Shown here: in pieces, positions 57,313-64,000 of the stretch
Layout: every line of letters starts with the position of its first letter
How positions within the stretch are numbered: the stretch's first letter is position 1
From: a virus
IMG/VR virus record: IMGVR_UViG_3300035682_000005
DNA length: 64,000 bases
Reading direction: 5' to 3' (one strand)
The notes under the pieces: generated by a model
Told to the model about the DNA's origin: nothing
The model's database searches: none
The model's input: the letters and a program-made list of their open reading frames with translations, nothing else
Position numbers and translations under genes: made by a program

Positions 57313-57393
57313 TCCCATTAAAAAATTGATAATTCCTATACTTGTGTTACTATTACATGTGGGTAATAATTGGATATTATCATAAATACTTAT

Positions 57394-57729
57394 ATGGATG
57401 ATGAGACGAACGACAAAAAGCCAGACAATCTTTTTGATTCTTTGGGGCTTGAAGTTAAGTTTGGTGATGTAGAGGTGGGTCAAACATACCCTATCTACGG
57501 AATGATAACTGAGATACTTTCGGATACGCCAGGTAATGTTGTTGTAAAAATCAACCACAACATCGAGATGCGACTGAATGTTGAAGATGTCGAAAAATTG
57601 GCTCTTCTTAAGAGAAGGTGTTTTGAACCAGGTATCTTTGTTTGCCTTGTTAATGAAGTTGATCCTTCTGTGAAAGGCGACTGCACCACAGTTGTATTTG
57701 GTAAAAACACTACATCGGAAATGCACTAA
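57394..57729 (+). CDS. Hypothetical protein
   Basis: ATG 5 nt after CATAAATA. Confidence 0.55.
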   Translation: MDDETNDKKPDNLFDSLGLEVKFGDVEVGQTYPIYGMITEILSDTPGNVVVKINHNIEMRLNVEDVEKLALLKRRCFEPGIFVCLVNEVDPSVKGDCTTVVFGKNTTSEMH

Positions 57730-57730
57730 T

Positions 57731-58066
57731 ATGGAAGGTTTTGTTAAATTACGAGATGACTTGTTTTCTAGCATCAAACAACTCAAGTCATCCATTGATG
57801 ATGCTATGAACAATATGTCAAAGATGTATGGTAAAGATCATTATGCAATTCAAAGATTGAAATCGTACTATCCCGCGTTAGACAAACAACTACAGTATGC
57901 AAACGAACTGGACGAATCAATGCGCAACGGAAAACATGAAGAGACTGCACAAGCTATTACAAGAATACATGCAATCTCTGATATGATTCGCGCTGATGCC
58001 AAGTCACTTTTGAATAGTCTACACACAGGAAAGGATATTATGCCAGACACAAATACACTTAACTAA
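57731..58066 (+). CDS. Hypothetical helical protein
   Basis: ORF coupled to the upstream gene. Confidence 0.5.
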   Translation: MEGFVKLRDDLFSSIKQLKSSIDDAMNNMSKMYGKDHYAIQRLKSYYPALDKQLQYANELDESMRNGKHEETAQAITRIHAISDMIRADAKSLLNSLHTGKDIMPDTNTLN

Positions 58067-58073
58067 AAAACAC

Positions 58074-58463
58074 ATGCGAGCGTTTTTCATTTTTAATAAC
58101 CTGAAAGTGAATACGTTTGCTCTTCAAGATCAGCCGTTTCCTGGTTTTGAGCTTTTGACTTGGGAGCACGAGTCATTTGTTGATGGAACATTATGGGACA
58201 TTGGTATCGATGCTGGCTATACTCCGATAGGTATAACCAAAGTTCACGGTCAACTATGGTTGGCACAAGACACGCAACAGATATCAGAGCTTGAATATTT
58301 CTTAGGTGTTCAATCTGGATTGACTGAACCAATGAACACAAAAGCCTATATACAAACACACGATGTTGCTGAAAAAGTAGACGCCGTAATATATAGATTG
58401 AGAAACATCGATACGAACTACCTCATAGTTCACGATGGAAAGTGGATGATTAAACGGTCGTGA
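58074..58463 (+). CDS. Divergent gamma-glutamylcyclotransferase-like protein
   Basis: GTLWDIG..Y....VHGQLW..L..F.G...I..GKW pattern; lacks the canonical YGTL. Confidence 0.4.
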   Translation: MRAFFIFNNLKVNTFALQDQPFPGFELLTWEHESFVDGTLWDIGIDAGYTPIGITKVHGQLWLAQDTQQISELEYFLGVQSGLTEPMNTKAYIQTHDVAEKVDAVIYRLRNIDTNYLIVHDGKWMIKRS

Positions 58464-58464
58464 T

Positions 58465-58896
58465 ATGTTGACAAGTATATTATTGTTTTTGAACAAATTG
58501 TGGGACAACAGAATCGTAATAGTGCTAGGTGCATTTGGTGTTCTTATCGCCTCGTTTTACCTATACTACACTATCGCATCAAGTAGAATATACGAACTCA
58601 CTCGCCAGAATCAAGAACTTCAGATCATCATTGAACAACAGAAGAAAGCAATTGAGCAGATTCAGCGCGATTACAAACAAGTCATTGAATCGAAAGACGA
58701 GTTAAACAAACAAATTCAAGACACACAAACAGAAGTTCAAGAACTTCGTGAGAAGTTGTTTAGAGAAAATCAAGGCAAGCGACCTCTCGAAGAGCTTGCA
58801 ACAAAGAAAACAACTCTGATTGAAAAGAAGATCAACAAAGCCACTCAAAATGTTTTGAGTTGTCTTGAACTCTTAACACGCGGAGGCGATTGCTAA
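58465..58896 (+). CDS. Putative i-spanin (Rz-like)
   Basis: N-terminal TM helix, long coiled coil and C-terminal Cys; overlaps the following lipoprotein gene. Confidence 0.65.
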   Translation: MLTSILLFLNKLWDNRIVIVLGAFGVLIASFYLYYTIASSRIYELTRQNQELQIIIEQQKKAIEQIQRDYKQVIESKDELNKQIQDTQTEVQELREKLFRENQGKRPLEELATKKTTLIEKKINKATQNVLSCLELLTRGGDC

Positions 58897-59243
58897 TGAA
58901 AACGTTGTGTTTAATTCTCTGCCTGTGTTTATCTGCATGTTCAACGACGTATACAACACCAGTTGAACGACCTCGGCTAGATCTTCCACCACCACCGGCA
59001 GTGACTCTTCAATCAGTAAAGTTTCATGTTATTCACAAAAACAATGCTGATAAGTTTTTTAATGATCCAAGCAAATCACCAAAAGATTCTGTTGTAGTTG
59101 CATTGAGTGTGCAAGACTACAAGAAGATGTCACTTAACCTAGCCAAATTGAAAGCATATATAAAATCACAGCAAAAGATTATATCGTTGTACAAGAGATA
59201 TTACGAGGCGAACAAAAATGGCAACAAAGAAGCGCAAAAGTAA
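58896..59243 (+). CDS. Putative o-spanin lipoprotein (Rz1-like)
   Basis: Signal peptide with lipobox LSAC and a Pro-rich linker. Confidence 0.65.
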   Translation: MKTLCLILCLCLSACSTTYTTPVERPRLDLPPPPAVTLQSVKFHVIHKNNADKFFNDPSKSPKDSVVVALSVQDYKKMSLNLAKLKAYIKSQQKIISLYKRYYEANKNGNKEAQK

Positions 59244-59421
59244 AAAGACTGACGAGCAAGCAGAAACGGTTGAAGTCACACCAAAAAAGTTGGATGTATC
59301 TTCTGTAGAAGTTACTAAAGCTCCAGTGCCACCTTCTCGTCGTTTGTTTCCATCATCACTCATTGCGGAATTGGATGCAATCAAAGCACGACTCGATGAG
59401 ATTGAGAAAAAGTTGAAGTAA
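59218..59421 (+). CDS. Hypothetical protein
   Basis: GAGG RBS; basic N-terminus and coiled C-terminus. Confidence 0.5.
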   Translation: MATKKRKSKKTDEQAETVEVTPKKLDVSSVEVTKAPVPPSRRLFPSSLIAELDAIKARLDEIEKKLK

Positions 59422-59473
59422 GCCAATTTAATATTATCTTGCCTGAGCCTGGCAATTTGATATACTGCGTTGC

Positions 59474-60484
59474 ATGTTATATGTCGATTTGAAATACGTT
59501 ACGACTGTAGGTATACATCTTCGCAACTTTAAGAAAAAGAAAGACAACCTCTTCAATTGTTCGTGTCCTATTTGTGGTGACAGCGAAAGAAAAAAGTCAA
59601 AAGCTCGCGGCTACTTTTATCAAAAAGGCACTTCGATGTACTTCAAGTGCCACAACTGTGGTTCTGGTCTTGGCGTTGCAAACTTTCTCAAGAATTACTT
59701 TCCTGCATATCACGAACAATACTTGCTTGAGAAATACAAATCTGGTGTAGACACAAAGAAGACAAAAGCATCAGTTGAACCTGTAACAAAAATTGTACTA
59801 TCGAAGTTTTACTCTGAGAAAGCAATTAAGTTGTCTGAGATGTCAGATGAGCACTATGCAAAGCAGTATGTAATTCGTAGAAAGATTCCAGCCGAGTATT
59901 ACTCTCGACTTTTTTTTACTGATGATTTTGCTGGTCTTGTTGATGATGTGTTTCCGGGCAAATATGAGAATCTTCAAAAAAACGAGCCTCGACTGATTAT
60001 ACCATTCTTTGATACACAGAACAATCTGACTGGTTTACAAGGTCGTTCATTCTCTCCTGAGAAGTCGCTCCGATACATAACAATTCGTGCGACGAGTAAT
60101 ACTGATTTAATATTTGGTCTTGAGCGATTTGACCCATCAAAAACTGGTTATGTTGTTGAAGGTCCAATCGACAGTTTGTTTTTGCCAAACTGTATTGCTG
60201 CTGCCAATTCTGATCTTGCGTCTGTTATTGATAAAACTAAAAACGACAACTTAGTTCTTGTATACGACAATGAGCCGCGCAATCGTGAGATCGTGAAGAT
60301 GATTGAATCATCAATCAACAAGAATAAAAAAGTTTGTATCTGGACGTCCAACATCGTGCAGAAAGATATAAATGACATGATACTATCTGGCACATCATTG
60401 CGCGATATACAACACATAATACAAAAACGCACGTTCAGTGGTCTTGAAGCACAGTTGGAGTTTTGTAAATGGAAAAAAGTGTGA
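59474..60484 (+). CDS. gp61: DNA primase gp61
   Basis: CPICGDS..KARGY..KCHNCG, EGPIDSLF, DNEPRN, KDINDM. Confidence 0.95.
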   Translation: MLYVDLKYVTTVGIHLRNFKKKKDNLFNCSCPICGDSERKKSKARGYFYQKGTSMYFKCHNCGSGLGVANFLKNYFPAYHEQYLLEKYKSGVDTKKTKASVEPVTKIVLSKFYSEKAIKLSEMSDEHYAKQYVIRRKIPAEYYSRLFFTDDFAGLVDDVFPGKYENLQKNEPRLIIPFFDTQNNLTGLQGRSFSPEKSLRYITIRATSNTDLIFGLERFDPSKTGYVVEGPIDSLFLPNCIAAANSDLASVIDKTKNDNLVLVYDNEPRNREIVKMIESSINKNKKVCIWTSNIVQKDINDMILSGTSLRDIQHIIQKRTFSGLEAQLEFCKWKKV

Positions 60485-60726
60485 GTTCTGTAGAATCATT
60501 TTGTTGGTTGCCGGTTGGATATATGACAGCATTAATGGTTGGTAACACCCCATCAAATTTTATAGAAGTGGATGGACAATCATTATCAAAGATTGAGTAT
60601 GCAGAAGTCTACGAAGTTCTTCGTGGATCTGTACATGAAGATGCTGATAACTTTTTCTTGCCAAATAGACAACACCTGAACGAAATGTTTAGCCTGTCTG
60701 CCAGAATTTTTATAAAAATCCGATAG
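60481..60726 (+). CDS. Stand-alone tail-collar-like domain protein
   Basis: LPVG...PSNFIEVDGQSLSKIEYAEVYEVL...FFLPN. Confidence 0.5.
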   Translation: MSSVESFCWLPVGYMTALMVGNTPSNFIEVDGQSLSKIEYAEVYEVLRGSVHEDADNFFLPNRQHLNEMFSLSARIFIKIR

Positions 60727-60768
60727 TGTCAAATATACATAGTACAGATATACTATTGTGTGTTTACC

Positions 60769-62061
60769 ATGAAAAACATATTGCTCTCCATTTTGATTCT
60801 TGTTGTGCCACTTTTTGTTCCAATAAGTTCAGTTGCAATCGCCCAAGGGCTTCCAAACGTTGGTTATGCGACATTCAACCTGACGGCCAATAAGTTTAAT
60901 TGTGAGGGCTACATAAAATCTATAGCTCCATTGGAAGAACTACACATAGCATTTTTGTATAACACATTTGGCAACAACTTTTCTTGCTTAGAACGTTTGC
61001 TTGCAGACCCCAGGCTAAAGACACTTGAAGTGAACTTAATAAACGAACCTGGTCACAGAAACAATCGCCTTGGCAAATATGAATTTTTATATAATGTTGG
61101 ATCTGTTGCAACTTGGAACAAAAAACTTGTTGCAAAAGATGTTGCCTTAAAGCAGAAGTATGTCAACTATGTTAAACCTATTCAAAATGTGTTGTCACAG
61201 CATCTTCAGCCACATACAACATTGATGATAAATCCTGGGTTAGAGAGTAATGTTTCCGCAACTGCTGGCCGCGTGTTGATTGCATGGACACGAGACTTGT
61301 TTCCTAATGCTCGCATTGTGTGGAATCCACATAAAGCATCGTTGAGCACACGAAGAATTGTTAATGCAGACCTTGTAGAAGGTCACGGACTTTACCCGGC
61401 TCTTAAAGAGCCTTGCGTGTACAACATGGATGGAGCTGATGTTAAGTATGCAAATAGACCTGCCCTTGGTGAAAACTCAGGCACAAAAAACTATTTTCAT
61501 TCTGGTGCTCCTTTGTTTCAACAATTAGAAAAATATGCAAACCGATGTGAAGTTGCTTTTGTGTGGACACAAGAGGGTAACGGTCTTAGTTATAAGCAAG
61601 GTTTTAAAGACCCTAGAACGCGCAATCATTTCATACCAACTTCGATGTATAATCAAATCATGCGAGATATTATTGCTGTACAAAAGCGAGGTCGCATTGC
61701 ACCTAAAAGTGACACATACACAGCTAAAGACAATAGTGTTGTTTCATCGTGCAGTATTGTGTCCTCTAACTTTGAAGATGGTCTGAAGTATGGTAGACTA
61801 TTAAAGCAGTCTGAGTTTCCAGACCGTGGCGGTGTGTTAATTTTGCCAACAGAGTTTCGTTCAGTCAAGACCGCAAAAATAATAAAAGGCACAAAAATTG
61901 TCGATGAATTTAGAAACACTGGTCCATATCATGATGGTCGTCCATTGTTTCGTTCTAATCTTTCTCCTACAAATTATCCTGTCAACACTTATCTGGTGTT
62001 TAATAAGCAAAATGTCCGATACTGTTACAAATTGCCTTTCCCAAGAATACGATTGGACTAA
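60769..62061 (+). CDS. Hypothetical exported protein
   Basis: N-terminal signal peptide MKNILLSILILVV...AIA; several Cys. Confidence 0.6.
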   Translation: MKNILLSILILVVPLFVPISSVAIAQGLPNVGYATFNLTANKFNCEGYIKSIAPLEELHIAFLYNTFGNNFSCLERLLADPRLKTLEVNLINEPGHRNNRLGKYEFLYNVGSVATWNKKLVAKDVALKQKYVNYVKPIQNVLSQHLQPHTTLMINPGLESNVSATAGRVLIAWTRDLFPNARIVWNPHKASLSTRRIVNADLVEGHGLYPALKEPCVYNMDGADVKYANRPALGENSGTKNYFHSGAPLFQQLEKYANRCEVAFVWTQEGNGLSYKQGFKDPRTRNHFIPTSMYNQIMRDIIAVQKRGRIAPKSDTYTAKDNSVVSSCSIVSSNFEDGLKYGRLLKQSEFPDRGGVLILPTEFRSVKTAKIIKGTKIVDEFRNTGPYHDGRPLFRSNLSPTNYPVNTYLVFNKQNVRYCYKLPFPRIRLD

Positions 62062-62134
62062 ATTATAGCTTGTCTTTACAATTCAAGTTTGCTATATTCT
62101 TTTTCAGTTAATCGTGATTATCTGAGGTATTTTC

Positions 62135-64000
62135 ATGTCTAAACTTCCTACACTTTATCAACAGTTCATTCACCTTTCTCGATACAGCCGATGGCTGTCA
62201 GATGAAAAAAGACGAGAAACGTGGGAGGAGACTGTTGATAGGTATTTTAATTTTTTTGAAACACATCTACAAAATCGTTGTGAGTACGCGCTCAAAAAAA
62301 CAACTCGCGAAGAGTTGAAAGAAGCAATACTTACACTTGATGTTATGCCATCAATGCGATGTCTTATGACAGCTGGTCCAGCATTAGAGCGCGATGAAAT
62401 TGCCGGCTATAATTGCTCCTTTGTTGCTATTGATAGTCCGCGTTCTTTTGATGAAATTCTATACATTCTTTCGTGTGGTGTAGGTGTTGGCTTTTCTGTT
62501 GAGCGTCAATACGTAACACAGCTGCCATCAGTGTCGGAAGAGTTTTATGATACGGATACAACAATTGTAGTGCAAGACTCTAAGATTGGTTGGGCAAAAT
62601 CACTTAAAGAATTAATTGGACTTTTGTATCAGGGTCAGGTGCCAAAAGTTGATGTCTCTCGCGTTCGACCTTCTGGCGCACCACTTAAAACATTTGGTGG
62701 TCGTGCATCAGGACCACAACCACTTGTTGCTCTTTTTGAATTCTGTATTAAGACATTTAAAGCAGCCGCAGGACGTAGACTACAATCTATCGAATGCCAT
62801 GACATTGTGTGTAAGATTGCAGAAGTAATTGTTGTTGGGGGTGTTCGTCGTTCTGCACTTATCTCTCTTAGCAATCTTTCAGATGACAGAATGCGCGCAG
62901 CTAAATCTGGTCAGTGGTGGATAGAAAACGTTCAACGAGCACTTGCAAACAACAGTGCTTGCTACACTGAGAAGCCTGACATTGGCATCTTCATGGACGA
63001 ATGGAAGTCTCTGTATGAATCGCGCTCTGGTGAACGAGGTATCTTTAATCTTGTAGCAGCAAAAAAGAGTGCAGAAAATCTTGGCACAAATTCTCATGGT
63101 GCTCTGCGGCGTGATGTGTCAAAAATTGCCGGTACAAATCCATGTGCTGAAATTCTTCTTCGTAACAAAGGCTTCTGTAATCTTTCAGAAGTTGTTGTTC
63201 GTGCTGAAGATACAAAAGAAACTCTACTCAAGAAAGTTGAAATTGCAACAATACTTGGTACGTTTCAATCGTCACTTACAGACTTCAGATATCTTTTAAA
63301 AGAATGGAAGAAGAATGCAGAAGAAGAGCGTTTGTTAGGCGTCTCACTTACGGGCATCCTTGACAACTTGTTTATGTCAACTCCAAGTGATGAACTCAAA
63401 GAGTTTCTAGTTGAGTTGCGTGATAAAACAATTGAGACAAATCGAAAGTGGTCAAAGTTGTTAGGTATTCCTGAATCTGCATCTATCACTTGCGTAAAAC
63501 CATCGGGCACAGTATCACAGCTCGTTGATAGTGCTAGCGGCATTCATCCTCGACACTCTGATTACTACATCAGAACAGTGCGATCAGATAACAAAGATCC
63601 ACTTTGTATACTCATGAAGCAGATGGGTTTTCCTAATGAACCTGATGTTACAAAACCAGAACACACAACGGTGTTTTCTTTCCCTGTTAGGTCGCCAGAT
63701 CATGCTCGTTTTAGAAATCAAGTGACCGCTATTCAGCATCTTGAGTTGTGGATGTTTTACAAGAAGTTTTGGGCAGAGCATACGGTGTCTATCACAATCT
63801 CTGTAAAAGAAAATGAGTGGCTAGATGTTGCAGCATATGTGTTCAAACACTTCGATCACATTTCTGGAATATCATTCTTACCATTCAGTGATCATGTATA
63901 CAAACAAGCGCCATATCAAGACTGCACAAAAGATCAGTATCAAGCACTTTGTTCCAAGATGCCTCAGGATGTTGACTGGTCGAAATTGCATATATACGAG
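62135..64000 (+). CDS. nrdJ: Class II (B12-dependent) ribonucleotide reductase, truncated by window end
   Basis: SRYSRW..RRETW, VMPSMR, AGYNC, GGVRRSA, GTNPCAE, TCVKPSGTVSQL; promoter TTGTCT-17-TATATT at 62070; RBS GAGGT. Confidence 0.92.
   Translation, partial: MSKLPTLYQQFIHLSRYSRWLSDEKRRETWEETVDRYFNFFETHLQNRCEYALKKTTREELKEAILTLDVMPSMRCLMTAGPALERDEIAGYNCSFVAIDSPRSFDEILYILSCGVGVGFSVERQYVTQLPSVSEEFYDTDTTIVVQDSKIGWAKSLKELIGLLYQGQVPKVDVSRVRPSGAPLKTFGGRASGPQPLVALFEFCIKTFKAAAGRRLQSIECHDIVCKIAEVIVVGGVRRSALISLSNLSDDRMRAAKSGQWWIENVQRALANNSACYTEKPDIGIFMDEWKSLYESRSGERGIFNLVAAKKSAENLGTNSHGALRRDVSKIAGTNPCAEILLRNKGFCNLSEVVVRAEDTKETLLKKVEIATILGTFQSSLTDFRYLLKEWKKNAEEERLLGVSLTGILDNLFMSTPSDELKEFLVELRDKTIETNRKWSKLLGIPESASITCVKPSGTVSQLVDSASGIHPRHSDYYIRTVRSDNKDPLCILMKQMGFPNEPDVTKPEHTTVFSFPVRSPDHARFRNQVTAIQHLELWMFYKKFWAEHTVSITISVKENEWLDVAAYVFKHFDHISGISFLPFSDHVYKQAPYQDCTKDQYQALCSKMPQDVDWSKLHIYE

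Noticed and set aside
441-63781. The many minus-strand and shifted-frame ORFs in the track (e.g. 47704-48333, 52071-52715, 57202-57813)
   Set aside because: They overlap well-supported + strand genes and have no recognisable motifs, so they are treated as shadow ORFs.
1-64000. Alternative genetic code (stop-codon reassignment)
   Set aside because: Core genes are full length in the standard code, and TAA, TAG and TGA all end genes at expected positions.

Overview
A 64-kb segment of a lytic T4-like myovirus genome, with essentially all genes on the + strand. Gene order: tail-fibre-like genes and a holin (1-5.8 kb); a morphogenesis block gp13-14-15-16-17-18-19-20-(67)-21-22-23-3 (5.8-20.3 kb); uvsY/uvsW; a repeat-rich non-coding gap; gp55, gp47/46; ClpP, an amino-methyltransferase and a PQ-loop protein; a VWA/MoxR pair; gp45/44/62, regA, dUTPase and lysozyme; a DNA polymerase split into gp43A and gp43B around a DUF262-HNH (GmrSD-like) gene and a GIY-YIG-like gene; uvsX and gp41; a ~9-kb late cluster; spanins, primase and a class II ribonucleotide reductase that runs off the end. 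Most notable: (i) six or seven proteins in the late cluster start with an MKxFxxY/FIxE motif like the T4 capsid-targeting sequence, and include ligase-fold, HExxH protease, nucleotidyltransferase-ParB and HAD phosphatase candidates, suggesting an enzyme kit packaged in the capsid and injected; (ii) the split polymerase with its nuclease cargo; (iii) two structured non-coding repeat loci; (iv) apparently leaderless, palindrome-bearing promoters in front of gp55, gp43A, gp43B and gp61. All family assignments come from motif recognition and synteny by eye. No database searches were run. No tRNA, rRNA or CRISPR array was seen.
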